Of a stretch of DNA of 64,000 nt, positions 10,197 through 20,577 are shown piece by piece. Both the position numbers and the translations under genes were made by a program. Source of the DNA: an uncultured Bacteroidales bacterium (GTDB taxonomy: Bacteria > Bacteroidota > Bacteroidia > Bacteroidales > VadinHA17); the NCBI GenBank assembly GCA_963732435.1, contig CAVSZL010000018.1, positions 24,143 to 88,142 of the forward strand. The letters are read 5' to 3'. The notes under the pieces were generated by a model. That model was not told the DNA's origin. It searched no databases and saw only the letters and a program-made list of their open reading frames with translations. Each line of letters starts with the position of its first letter. Within the stretch, counting starts at the first letter, position 1.

Positions 10197-10790
10197 CTAA
10201 TTATCCCATTTAACTGATACAATTATTTCATTTCTTCTTCCAGTGATCCTGAAAGGAGAATCATATCCCAGGTAACGGAAGTTACCGTAATAGCTGATCT
10301 TGTTCTCATTAAGAAGTTTTCTTAGCTTTTCTGTATAAATTCTTATATCGTCATCGGAGGCGTAGCCGCCGAAACGGATAGCTGCCATGTATTCATCCCT
10401 GGTTGTCTCAATAATAACATTGCTGTCTTCAGGTTTCGGCAGGTTTTCCTTGTTATACGAAGAAGGCATCACAAAGCTCATTGAAGATTTTGTGCTGTTT
10501 ATATCCATGTGAACAGGAGAGGTCATTGAAATTTTTGTATCAGATTCATTTCCTCCGAAAATATAACCTGCAAGTTTTCTGAATCCACTCCCTGACAACT
10601 CTTTATAAGAGTCCGCATCGGAGTAAACCGTAGCCAGAGTTGTTGAAGGATAGAATCTGATCTCAAATTCTTTTTCAGACTTAATAACCCGGTATTTCTG
10701 TTCTTCTGTTTTAGCCACAGCAATATAAGTATGAGATTGAATAATAATCAGTAACAAAAAAAATGTGGTAAAAGTTTTATATAATCGCAT
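10197..10790 (-). CDS. SOUL heme-binding family protein
   Basis: FEIRFYP, GFRKLAGYIFGGN...ISMTSPV, MSFVMP, YDSPF...RRNEI. Confidence 0.92.
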   Translation of the reverse strand: MRLYKTFTTFFLLLIIIQSHTYIAVAKTEEQKYRVIKSEKEFEIRFYPSTTLATVYSDADSYKELSGSGFRKLAGYIFGGNESDTKISMTSPVHMDINSTKSSMSFVMPSSYNKENLPKPEDSNVIIETTRDEYMAAIRFGGYASDDDIRIYTEKLRKLLNENKISYYGNFRYLGYDSPFRITGRRNEIIVSVKWDN

Positions 10791-10854
10791 TTTTCAGAAT
10801 TGTTAATTGATTGAAAATATGTCTGAGATTCGGTAAGACCATTAATTCGGTCTG

Positions 10855-11727
10855 TCAGAAGTGTTCCTTCAGATCAATTACCGACCTGATTGCATAGATA
10901 TTCTTATACTTTTCTGTGACAGGTTCATTAGCAAGAGAACCTGAAACAAGAATCTTTTGTGACTTGAATGTTATACTCAGATTCTTAAGGTACTCTTCCG
11001 GTTTTGAAATTGAAAGATATGATAATGTACCTGTAAAAAGTATATCGGAATGCCATTTTTCATTTGCTTCCTCAAGGGCATAAAACGGAGTAGCCTGTCC
11101 CAGGTAAAGCACCTCATGTCCCAACCTGCGTATCAGATAGGAATAAAATAGAAGTCCCATTTCATGTAATTCATTTTCAGGAAGGAACATGATAACTCTC
11201 TTGCTCTTCGGATCATTGGATGGTGGAAGAGAGTCAATGGCTGAAATCAGTCTTCCCCGGAAAATGTTTGTTATAAAATGCTCTGCACCTATATTTACTG
11301 AACCTGTATGCCACATTATCCCGACCCTTCTGAGAAACGGGAAAACGACATTCGAAAAGCTTTCCTCAAATCCTATGTTTATTATTGACCTCAGGAGTAT
11401 CTCATTAACAGCATTCCCGTTAAATGTGAGCATAGCAACAATTAAAGAGTTAATCTGGGTATCAGAGCCTGTAGAATCCCTTGCAAGAAATTCTGCCTTC
11501 TCCTCCAGTTCTGTTTCAGAATACCTTGCAATTTTCGAGATCTTAATCCCACTGTGATAAAGGATCGAGATATTTATTAACCGCCTCAGGTCATCGTCGT
11601 CATACCATCTTCTGTTTGTTTCAGTGCGCTGTGGTTTGATTATGTTATAGCGCCTTTCCCATACCCTGATTGTGGCTGCAAGAATTCCGGTCAGCTTTTC
11701 AAGCTCATATAATGTATAATGTCCCAT
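10855..11727 (-). CDS. CarH/LitR-type MerR regulator with cobalamin-binding domain
   Basis: MerR HTH (TIRVWERRY...RWYDDDDL); W-x9-EH (WHTGSVNIGAEH) and E-x-H-x-x-G (ELHEMG) AdoB12 motifs. Start moved from 11808 to the ATG of MGHYTL. Confidence 0.88.
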   Translation of the reverse strand: MGHYTLYELEKLTGILAATIRVWERRYNIIKPQRTETNRRWYDDDDLRRLINISILYHSGIKISKIARYSETELEEKAEFLARDSTGSDTQINSLIVAMLTFNGNAVNEILLRSIINIGFEESFSNVVFPFLRRVGIMWHTGSVNIGAEHFITNIFRGRLISAIDSLPPSNDPKSKRVIMFLPENELHEMGLLFYSYLIRRLGHEVLYLGQATPFYALEEANEKWHSDILFTGTLSYLSISKPEEYLKNLSITFKSQKILVSGSLANEPVTEKYKNIYAIRSVIDLKEHF

Positions 11728-11860
11728 TCCAGGAGAAATTGCGTTGATAAATATAATTAAAATCAGAGTAATAATAGTTGGTAAACAAAAATCTGGTATG
11801 TATTGCAAGTACTCTGTGAAGTTTTGTGAATTTGGGGTGTTGAAAACGTTCTATGTGAAA

Positions 11861-11946
11861 CTCTGTGTTACCTCTGTGTCCTCTGTATAAGTTCTTAACT
11901 TATTGTTACACAGAGATCCACGGAGACGACACAGAGCGACACAGAG
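11861..11946. repeat. CTCTGTG/CACAGAG inverted-repeat (REP-like) element
   Basis: Three CTCTGT(G) units facing four CAC(A/G)GAG units across a ~25-nt loop. Confidence 0.7.
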
Positions 11947-12003
11947 AAATTCAGACTGCAGTTTCAGACTTCTGGTACAGTCTTATTTTAGTTGTTTAAA
12001 TTA

Positions 12004-13410
12004 TTACTTTCCTGCAGGCAAAAGAACCTTGTTTATTGTATGAATAATCCCGTTTGTTCCCAAAACATTTACCAGGGCTGCATTTGTGCTTATGTTAGCC
12101 ATTGTTCCGTTCCCGGAGGTAACGGTGCCTGCTGTTGCACTGATGCTTATATTACCATTCAGTGTAGGTACGCTTCCGGTAATGAGGTCACGTGAAAATA
12201 CGCGTCCCGTTGCTGTAGTCGGTGAAGATATTATATGATGTTGCAGAACGGCTGTTAATGTGTTAAGATTTATATCATTAATGCCAGCAACACCTAACGC
12301 AGTGTACAACGCACTGAAAGCTGCATCTGTCGGAGCAAAAACAGTAAGGTTTGAACCAGCTGCTGAAGCTGCAGTGAGCAATGCAGGCACTCTACCCAGG
12401 GCGGCTACAAGTTGTGTAAATTCTGCTCCCGGATTGGTTGTGGATAGTGCTGTTGCAATCTGAGCAATAGTTTGTGAAGGAGGCAATAAAGTGCGGTCAA
12501 TAACATGAACTACACCATTATCTGCCATTATATCTGTGGCTGTAACTTTTGTTTTTCCATTAATATAAACACCAGCTGAACCACGGTTACTCAGATAAAA
12601 CATTCCGCCTAAAGTAGTTATTGCAGTATTAGCAGGAGCAGCATTGGCCGGAAGCTGACTTGCCTTCACTTCACTGGCGAGAACATGATATGCGAGAACA
12701 GCATCAAGAGTTGCCCTTGCAGGTAATGTAGTTATACCGGCTGCTATAAAGGCATCATTGGTCGGTGCAAACAGTGTTTTCTTGGAAGAACTGAGCAAAG
12801 TTTCAAGAATCGAAGGACTTGCTGCTGTTACTGCTGCAATAAGTGTTGTAAAATTCTTATTGAAGTAAGCAGGCTCTACTATTGTATTTACAAAACGACC
12901 TATAGACGCAGGTACCAATACTTTATCTATAATATGTACAACACCGTTTGTGGATTTCACATCAGCTGTAAGTACTTTTGTTGATCCGTTTAAAGTAATA
13001 CCTCCTGTTGTTGTAACGGCAATATTTTCCATATTGGCAGTAGCAACATTACCTGCTGTTAACTGAGTTGAAAGAACTGTACCCGAAGTTATAACATGAT
13101 ACTGAAGAAGTGATTTAAGAACCGGTTCTGGTACATCATTAATACTGGTTTGTCCTATCGCACCCAGAAGGGCGGTAAAGGCATCATTCGTAGGAGCAAA
13201 AACAGTAAATTTTCCTGTTCCGCTGAGAGTAGTCACTAAATCGGGAAATTTAGTAAGAGCTGTTACAAGTGAAGTAAGGTTTGGCTGAGCCTGGGCAAGC
13301 TGCACAATGTTCTGTGTTGGTTGCATTTCTTCTTCATCTTTTTCACACCCTGAAAGGATAAACATCCCCATAAGTGCGATTAGTCCTAAAGTCAATTTTT
13401 GTGTTTTCAT
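12004..13410 (-). CDS. Fasciclin (FAS1) domain lipoprotein, three domains
   Basis: Lipobox ILSGC; three T(V/L)FAPT(N/D)xAF motifs and three NG(V/I)(V/I)HxI(D/N) motifs. Confidence 0.93.
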   Translation of the reverse strand: MKTQKLTLGLIALMGMFILSGCEKDEEEMQPTQNIVQLAQAQPNLTSLVTALTKFPDLVTTLSGTGKFTVFAPTNDAFTALLGAIGQTSINDVPEPVLKSLLQYHVITSGTVLSTQLTAGNVATANMENIAVTTTGGITLNGSTKVLTADVKSTNGVVHIIDKVLVPASIGRFVNTIVEPAYFNKNFTTLIAAVTAASPSILETLLSSSKKTLFAPTNDAFIAAGITTLPARATLDAVLAYHVLASEVKASQLPANAAPANTAITTLGGMFYLSNRGSAGVYINGKTKVTATDIMADNGVVHVIDRTLLPPSQTIAQIATALSTTNPGAEFTQLVAALGRVPALLTAASAAGSNLTVFAPTDAAFSALYTALGVAGINDINLNTLTAVLQHHIISSPTTATGRVFSRDLITGSVPTLNGNISISATAGTVTSGNGTMANISTNAALVNVLGTNGIIHTINKVLLPAGK

Positions 13411-13855
13411 GATCTCTGTTTTTTAAATTAATATTTAATATTTGAACATTAAACATCACAGAAATTATTTTGTTCATTTATTTGTTCTTTTATTGAGTCA
13501 TTTATTCTTGTTTTTTTATTACATATTTACATTTTATTATCTTAATCACCTGTTATTCAATTATTTAAATTATTTTAAATATTTTTACATTTTGTTCGCT
13601 TTTTATTCTTTTTATATGAACACTATTGAAACCCCTCATGTCAATACCGGATGTTTACAGTGGGATCAGAGAGCATAAAATATAAGGGAGAGAAGAACTG
13701 ACGATCATTTCTTTTGGGACAAGGCCGGCGCAGTCAAAATCAATTTACTTTCCACCAGCTGCAGGCTGGGGTAAACAAATTGATTTTATAGCGATACTCC
13801 GGATGTATTCATTTTGTATATTTGTATCAATATGCAAACAAATACATGTCGCAAA

Positions 13856-14938
13856 ATGAAAAAAATCATACCTTTGTTAATAGTTACTCTGTTATTGGTA
13901 ACATGCAAAAACAAAACAACTCCTGACAAATCAGTATCTGCTCAAATGACAACTCAATCAGTTGATTCCTCAGATCTGACAAATAATTTCTATGATAATG
14001 CTGAAACAATATCATTGCCTGTTCAGGAACTGACAATTGCCGGAGAAATTTTAAATCCGGGAACTGTTGATTTCAGCAGGCTCGAAAAACGTTCTGTAAT
14101 TGTAAAGGAAGCTCTCCTTGACGATACAGGAGGTAACAGATTCACCGGAGCCTTCAGGTATGACGGATATTCGTTGTTCGATATACTGAACGATAGGATC
14201 ATTAACAAAACTAATGAAAAAGAGTTTCAGCAGGTTATTGACCTGTTTGTTGAGATTGAGAACAGTGCCGGCGAGAAAGTTGTTTTCAGCTGGGGAGAGA
14301 TTTATTATCCTGCAAACCTTCACAGGATAATTATTGCCACAGATGTTGCCAGGATCGTCCCGTCAAAGACAAAAGAACTATGGACACTTCCTGTATCTGG
14401 CAGGATCGTTGCCGGAAATGATCTTGTAACGGAAAGGAATATTTCCGATCCTGTAAAAATAACTGTCAGGTCATACCCGAAATCCTTCGAAACAATTAAA
14501 GGTATGTCGCCAATGTACTCTGAAGTATTTTCACTTTTTACTGATACTAAAGCTTCTGTTAAAATAGCAGCAATCCCTTCTGGTTTGAATGAGAATACAT
14601 ATAACACTGTTTTTTATGGACGGGGAAAAGGTATACACAGCACCTCTCCTTTCAGTGGGGTTTTTCTGAAGTCCCTCCTTGAGAAATATTATCCTTCAAC
14701 AAGAGAAAACCTGAAGACCGGTTTGTTTTGTTTCGCAGCAAAAGACGGATACAGAATGACTGTTTCCTACTCCGAATTATTTAACAGGAATGATCAGCAG
14801 GAGTTCCTTCTGGTTAAATCGGAAAGCGGAGAAGACGGTGGCCTTTTCAGAATATTCCCTGCCCCGGATTTCTTCTCCGACAGGGCTATCAAGTCATTGA
14901 ATGAGGTTCATTTTGGGAATAGTGGCAAGAGTCTTTAG
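13856..14938 (+). CDS. Lipoprotein with tandem molybdopterin-oxidoreductase-like domains
   Basis: Lipobox LLVTC; FSGVFLKSLL and AKDGYRMTVSYSEL resemble the Oxidored_molyb fold; -7 box TATATTTG upstream. Start moved to MKKIIP. Confidence 0.55.
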   Translation: MKKIIPLLIVTLLLVTCKNKTTPDKSVSAQMTTQSVDSSDLTNNFYDNAETISLPVQELTIAGEILNPGTVDFSRLEKRSVIVKEALLDDTGGNRFTGAFRYDGYSLFDILNDRIINKTNEKEFQQVIDLFVEIENSAGEKVVFSWGEIYYPANLHRIIIATDVARIVPSKTKELWTLPVSGRIVAGNDLVTERNISDPVKITVRSYPKSFETIKGMSPMYSEVFSLFTDTKASVKIAAIPSGLNENTYNTVFYGRGKGIHSTSPFSGVFLKSLLEKYYPSTRENLKTGLFCFAAKDGYRMTVSYSELFNRNDQQEFLLVKSESGEDGGLFRIFPAPDFFSDRAIKSLNEVHFGNSGKSL

Positions 14939-15110
14939 TTCCCTCCCCGAATCACAGTAATAGTTTTCTTGCAATTTCCCTTTTTAAGTAAACACTATTT
15001 CATTCTTGTTTTCAGGCCGCATCATCCTGAAAAGAACTTCAGGGGATAATAGTCAAATTCAGCAAAGAAGTTCTGATAAAAGCTTAAATTAGCAAAGAAA
15101 TATTTTCTAT

Positions 15111-18100
15111 ATGTTAAACACGATATTGGATTTCAGTCTGAAGAATAAACTGATTGTTATTCTTTTTACAATTACTGTCGCATCATTTGGATTATATGCT
15201 GTTTTCCGGATACCTGTAGGTGCCGTTCCGGATATCACAAACAACCAGGTACAGGTTATAACAACATCTGGTAATCTGTCAACTCAGGAGATAGAGCAAT
15301 TCATAACTGCTCCAGTTGAGATGGAAATGGCGAATCTTCCGGGTGTATCTGAAATACGATCTATCTCAAAATTCGGTATTTCGGTGGTTACGGTTGTTTT
15401 TAACGACAGAATTGGTACTTACCTGCCACGTCAGTTAATTGCCGAAAAACTGAAAAGCGCCTCAGCAAAAATTCCTGAGGGGTTCGGGATACCTGAGATG
15501 GGGCCTATTACAACTGGCCTGGGAGAGATCTACCAGTACACACTGGATCTTAAACCCGGATATGAAAATAAATATACTGCCATGGACCTGAGAACAATAC
15601 AGGACTGGGTGATAAGACGAAGATTATCCGGCATTAACGGTGTCGTGGAAATCAACAGCTGGGGTGGATATCTGAAACAATATGAAATAGCAATCGATCC
15701 CTCACGTCTGAAAGGGATTAATATCACATTGCTTGATGTTTTTGATGCCATATCTGCAAACAACAGCATTTCCGGCGGAGCCTATATTGAAAAGACCAAT
15801 CAGAGTTTCTTTATAAGAGGGGACGGTCAGGTTAAATCGCTTGATGATATCGAAAATATTGTTGTTTCCTATAATAACGGATTCCCGGTATTGATCAGGG
15901 ATATTTCAAAAGTTCAGTTTGGATATGCAAACCGGTTCGGGGCAATAACAGCAAATGGCAAGGGAGAAACTGTACTCGGGCAGATAATGATGCTTAAAAA
16001 TGCAAATTCAAAAGAGGTTATTCAGGAGGTAAAGAACAGAGTGGAGGAGATCCAGAGTAATCTTCCCGAAGGTGTATTTATTAATCCTGTCCTTGAAAGA
16101 GGAGAATTGATTGCAAAGACTTCATTTACAGTAGCTGAAAACCTGTTACTGGGAGCAATTATTGTCCTGATAACAGTCGTCCTGTTACTTGGAAATATAA
16201 GATCTGCTCTTGTTATAGCATCAATGATTCCCCTGGCTCTGTTGTTCACAATTGCAATGATGTATATTTTCGGAATAGACGCAAACCTGATGAGTCTTGG
16301 TGCTCTTGACTTTGGAATTATAATAGATGGTGCAGTTATAATTGTCGAGTATATTGCTTTGAAAATTTTAATACAGAAGGATAATATTGGTGCAGTTTCG
16401 GGTGATGAGAAACAGGCTCTTATGGACCGCATTTCGCTGGAAGGGTCATCTAAAATGATGAATTCAGCCATTTTCGGACAAGTTATTATTCTTATAGTGT
16501 TTATTCCCATTCTTTCATTAAGCGGAGTTGAGGGAAAAATGTTCCGGCCTATGGCCATTTCATTTTCCTTTGCCATTATCGGGGCTATGATTTTTGGATT
16601 AACCTGGCTCCCTGTTGCCTCATCCCTCTTTTTAAGACCGGACAGAAAGAAAAAATTTGTTGTTTCCGAATGGATTATGGGATACGCCTATCGGTCATAC
16701 AGCCCGGTAATAGAATGGGCCTGCCGGCATAAAAGGGCAGTACTTGGAATTGCCTTTATTTCACTTCTGGCAACAATTTTTATTTTTTCAAGAATAGGGG
16801 GAGAATTTGTCCCTACCCTTGATGAAGGTGATTTTGTGATTCAACCGGTTCTGAAGACAGGAACGTCTCTTACAAAAACTATAGAAATGACAACCAGTAT
16901 GGAGAATATCCTTTTGTCACAATTCCGGGAAGTTGATCAGGTTGTAAGCCGTATTGGAGCTGCAGAAGTTCCTACTGACCCTATGTCGATGGAAGAAATA
17001 GATATGATTATAAAGCTTAAACCCAGGGAAGAATGGGTAAATGCTTCCAGTAAAGAGGAGCTTGCGGAAAAATTCAAAGAAGCCCTTCAGGTCTTGCCCG
17101 GAATTGATTATGAGTTCACACAGCCTATAGAAATGAGATTCAACGAGCTTATTACCGGTGTAAGATCAGATATTGCCATTAAAATTTTCGGTGAGGATCT
17201 CGATTACATAAACAAGAAAGCAATTGAAGTCAAAAACCTGGTATCAGAAATTCCCGGAGCAGGTGATGTGATTCTTGAAAAAACAGCTGGTCTGCCCCAG
17301 GTCAGAATTGATTATAACCGTGAGAAGATTGCTTACTACGGACTTGATATAGAAGTTCTTAACAGGTATCTTTCAACGGCTTTTGGAGGAGAAGTAGCAA
17401 GTGCTGTTTTTGAGGGAGAAAAGAGATTTGATATGGTGGTAAGGTTTCAGAAGGAAAGCAGGACAGATATTAGTGACATTAAACAGCTTTATGTTCCGTT
17501 AAAAAACGGACTTCAGATTCCTCTCGAAGAACTTGCCAGTATCAAATACTCCGAAGGTCCGGCTAAAATATCAAGGGAAAATACCCAAAGAAGAATTGTT
17601 GTGAGTGTTAATGTAAGGAATCGTGATTTGCAATCAGTTGTAAAAGATATACAATCAACTGTCGATAAGAATATAACTCTTGAACCGGGCAACTATATCT
17701 CATACGGAGGACAGTTTGAGAACCTGCAGAATGCCACCCGGCGGTTGCTTATTGCAGTTCCGATTGCTCTTTTGCTGATCTTCGTATTCCTCCATTTTGC
17801 TTTTGAGTCTTTCAGGGATGCTGCTTTGATATTCACGGCGATCCCTCTTGCCACTGTTGGTGGTGTATTTTTGTTATGGATCCGTGGCATGCCTTTCAGC
17901 GTTTCTGCAGGTGTTGGTTTTATTGCCCTGTTCGGGATTGCAGTACTTAATGGCATTGTGCTTATTGAACATCTTAAGGAGTTGCAGCATTCAGGTATTA
18001 AAAATATGAGGGAATTAATTTTAACAGGAACAAAAAACAGACTTCGTCCGGTGATGTTAACTGCCGGAGCTGCTGCAATGGGATTTTTACCCATGGCAAT

Positions 18101-19451
18101 TTCGCATGGGGCCGGAGCTGAAGTGCAGCGTCCGTTGGCTACTGTAGTCATTGGAGGACTTGTCACTTCCACAATGCTTACCATGATAGCCCTTCCCCTG
18201 CTTTTTGAAATATTTTATAATGTTAAAGGAATCAGGTTTTTCCCGTTCAGAGTTATCCGGTCCAAAGAGGTGCTGACAATTTTATTGCTGTTGATTTTAC
18301 CCGTGGCACTTTTTTCGCAGACAAAGACGATGAATCTGAATGAGTTGATGGATATTGCAATTGCAAATAACAGGGAAATAAGTGCTTATAAAATGAAGAT
18401 TGAGGAAAGCAGGGTCCTGAAATCAACCGCTTATAATATAGACAAGACTGTTATTTCCTATGGAACAGATCAGAATAATATTGCGGAAAACGGATTCCCT
18501 ATCAATGTGTGGAGCATTGAACAGAATTTTAATTTTCCGACCCTGTATGGTGCCGAGATGAATGCCCGTAAAATAGACATTTCAAAGGCCGAAACTGCCC
18601 TGGAGGTACAAAAACATAAACTGAAAAAAGAAATTTCACTTTGTTATTTTGAGATCCAGAACCTGCTGAATAAGGAGCAGATTTATTTAAGTATAGACAG
18701 CCTTTATACATCTCTTTTAAAAAGTGCACAAACCCGTAATGAAAAGGGTGATTTTAGTAATCTTGAACTGTTGAACATCATTGCAAAGCAAAAGCAGTCA
18801 CAACTGAGTCTGAAAAGCATAAAATACAGCATTGAGAATGCAAGGCAGAAAATGAAAACCCTTATGAATTACAATTCTGAATTTAACATTTCCAGGGATA
18901 TTGAGATATTGAATTCCTCTGAAAGCAGTGTAGATTCACTCCCTTCAGTTCAGATGTTGAAACTTCAGAATACATACAATGAAGCTGTTATCAGAATTGA
19001 GAAAAACAAGATTCTTCCGGATTTATCACTGAACTATTTCACAGGCACAAACTCATATGAAAATGCAAAATATTACCATGGTTTTCAGGTTGGCCTTGCT
19101 GTTCCCTTGTTTTTTGGAAGTCAGAGATCAAAAATAGAATCATCAAAAATATCTCTGAATGCACAGCAGTTAATATCAGAGAATGAAATTATTCTTCTCG
19201 AAAACAAAATTGCCGGCTATAAAAGGGAAGAACAGAAATATCGGGAGGCAATCGGTTTTTATGATTCATCAGGCAAGCAATTACATGATGAAATTCTAAG
19301 GGCATCTGTAAGAAGTTTTCAGCTGGGCGAAATCGATATTTTCAAGTTTACAACCAGCTATGAAAATGCTGTTCAGATTAAACTTGACTATCTTGACAAC
19401 GTGCTGCAATACAATATAATAATGATCGAACAACTCTATCTTACCAATTAA
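15111..19451 (+). CDS. czcA: CzcA/CusA-family heavy-metal RND efflux pump fused to a C-terminal TolC-like domain
   Basis: AVPDITNNQVQV, LGALDFGIIIDGAVIIVE (TMS4 D/D/E of divalent-cation pumps), RLRPVMLT; ~400 extra C-terminal aa resembling an outer-membrane factor. Confidence 0.92.
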   Translation: MLNTILDFSLKNKLIVILFTITVASFGLYAVFRIPVGAVPDITNNQVQVITTSGNLSTQEIEQFITAPVEMEMANLPGVSEIRSISKFGISVVTVVFNDRIGTYLPRQLIAEKLKSASAKIPEGFGIPEMGPITTGLGEIYQYTLDLKPGYENKYTAMDLRTIQDWVIRRRLSGINGVVEINSWGGYLKQYEIAIDPSRLKGINITLLDVFDAISANNSISGGAYIEKTNQSFFIRGDGQVKSLDDIENIVVSYNNGFPVLIRDISKVQFGYANRFGAITANGKGETVLGQIMMLKNANSKEVIQEVKNRVEEIQSNLPEGVFINPVLERGELIAKTSFTVAENLLLGAIIVLITVVLLLGNIRSALVIASMIPLALLFTIAMMYIFGIDANLMSLGALDFGIIIDGAVIIVEYIALKILIQKDNIGAVSGDEKQALMDRISLEGSSKMMNSAIFGQVIILIVFIPILSLSGVEGKMFRPMAISFSFAIIGAMIFGLTWLPVASSLFLRPDRKKKFVVSEWIMGYAYRSYSPVIEWACRHKRAVLGIAFISLLATIFIFSRIGGEFVPTLDEGDFVIQPVLKTGTSLTKTIEMTTSMENILLSQFREVDQVVSRIGAAEVPTDPMSMEEIDMIIKLKPREEWVNASSKEELAEKFKEALQVLPGIDYEFTQPIEMRFNELITGVRSDIAIKIFGEDLDYINKKAIEVKNLVSEIPGAGDVILEKTAGLPQVRIDYNREKIAYYGLDIEVLNRYLSTAFGGEVASAVFEGEKRFDMVVRFQKESRTDISDIKQLYVPLKNGLQIPLEELASIKYSEGPAKISRENTQRRIVVSVNVRNRDLQSVVKDIQSTVDKNITLEPGNYISYGGQFENLQNATRRLLIAVPIALLLIFVFLHFAFESFRDAALIFTAIPLATVGGVFLLWIRGMPFSVSAGVGFIALFGIAVLNGIVLIEHLKELQHSGIKNMRELILTGTKNRLRPVMLTAGAAAMGFLPMAISHGAGAEVQRPLATVVIGGLVTSTMLTMIALPLLFEIFYNVKGIRFFPFRVIRSKEVLTILLLLILPVALFSQTKTMNLNELMDIAIANNREISAYKMKIEESRVLKSTAYNIDKTVISYGTDQNNIAENGFPINVWSIEQNFNFPTLYGAEMNARKIDISKAETALEVQKHKLKKEISLCYFEIQNLLNKEQIYLSIDSLYTSLLKSAQTRNEKGDFSNLELLNIIAKQKQSQLSLKSIKYSIENARQKMKTLMNYNSEFNISRDIEILNSSESSVDSLPSVQMLKLQNTYNEAVIRIEKNKILPDLSLNYFTGTNSYENAKYYHGFQVGLAVPLFFGSQRSKIESSKISLNAQQLISENEIILLENKIAGYKREEQKYREAIGFYDSSGKQLHDEILRASVRSFQLGEIDIFKFTTSYENAVQIKLDYLDNVLQYNIIMIEQLYLTN

Positions 19452-19461
19452 AATCCGCTAT

Positions 19462-20577
19462 ATGAAACCAGTATATTTATTTTCGCTTACAATTTTATCC
19501 GTTCTGATATTTTCGTGCAGGAGCAATGTCCCTGAACAGAACAGCGAAGCAGATGATCAGTTGATACGCATCTCAAAGAAGCAGTTTGAAACAGGGAAAA
19601 TGCAACTTGGTGAAATGCAAAAATTAGTTTTTGATCAGACAATCCATTGTCATGGAAACATAATGTCAAAACCGGGAGGATCAGCCAAGATCAGCACTTT
19701 TGTGACAGGGCTGGTACACAAGATTTACTGCACGCCAGGGCAAAAGATAGAAAAGGGGCAGGCAATATTTGAAATTACAGGGAATGAACTCATTGAATTT
19801 CAGAAAGATTTTGCAGAAACATCCAGTTTGCTTGTACGAGTCAAAAGTGAATATGAAAGACTCAAATCCCTGTTTTCAGAAAATGTGGGAACCGAAAAAG
19901 AGCTGATTTTTGCTGAAAGCGAATACAAAGCAACCCAGGCCAATTATTCAGCCCTGAAAATTAAAATGCAATTACTGGGACTTAATTCTGAAAAAGTAGA
20001 GCTTGGCAGCTTTTATGAATCCTATATAATAAAATCACCAATCAGTGGCTATGTATCTCAGATAAATGTATCTCTGGGACAATATGCTGATCAGCAAACC
20101 ACAATAACTGAAGTAATTGACGTTTCACAATTCTGTATAAGAATTGCTGTTTTTGAAAAAGATATTCCGCCGCTGAAAGAAAAACAAAAAGTAAGGATCA
20201 GATTACTGGGAGATCCATCCGAATATATGGCTACGCTCAGTACAATAGGAAAGAATGTTGATAATGAGACCCGAACAATCATGTGCACAGCTGAAATTGA
20301 TGATCTGGGAGAGGCAAATTTTGTAAACAATGCATATGTGGAAGCCAGGATAATTACTTCAAGTGATACAGTAAATGCAATTACTGAAGAGGCCGTATTG
20401 AAATCAGGAGGTAACAGCTATTTCCTGGCATTGGAAGAACTCAGGGATGAAACATACTATATGAATAAAATACCGGTTGAAACAGGCAGAACAATGGATG
20501 GATTTATTGAAGTTTTAGGTAAACCAGAATTAAGAAAAATCCTTTGCAGGGGTGCTTACAATATCCCGATTGACTGA
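19462..20577 (+). CDS. RND efflux periplasmic adaptor (CzcB-like) lipoprotein
   Basis: Lipobox LIFSC; lipoyl/hairpin MFP pattern (G..IEKGQ, IKSPISGYV); follows czcA. Confidence 0.9.
   Translation: MKPVYLFSLTILSVLIFSCRSNVPEQNSEADDQLIRISKKQFETGKMQLGEMQKLVFDQTIHCHGNIMSKPGGSAKISTFVTGLVHKIYCTPGQKIEKGQAIFEITGNELIEFQKDFAETSSLLVRVKSEYERLKSLFSENVGTEKELIFAESEYKATQANYSALKIKMQLLGLNSEKVELGSFYESYIIKSPISGYVSQINVSLGQYADQQTTITEVIDVSQFCIRIAVFEKDIPPLKEKQKVRIRLLGDPSEYMATLSTIGKNVDNETRTIMCTAEIDDLGEANFVNNAYVEARIITSSDTVNAITEEAVLKSGGNSYFLALEELRDETYYMNKIPVETGRTMDGFIEVLGKPELRKILCRGAYNIPID

Noticed and set aside
16022-18184. Minus-strand ORFs of 184 aa and 163 aa inside czcA
   Set aside because: Typical antisense shadows of hydrophobic RND coding sequence.
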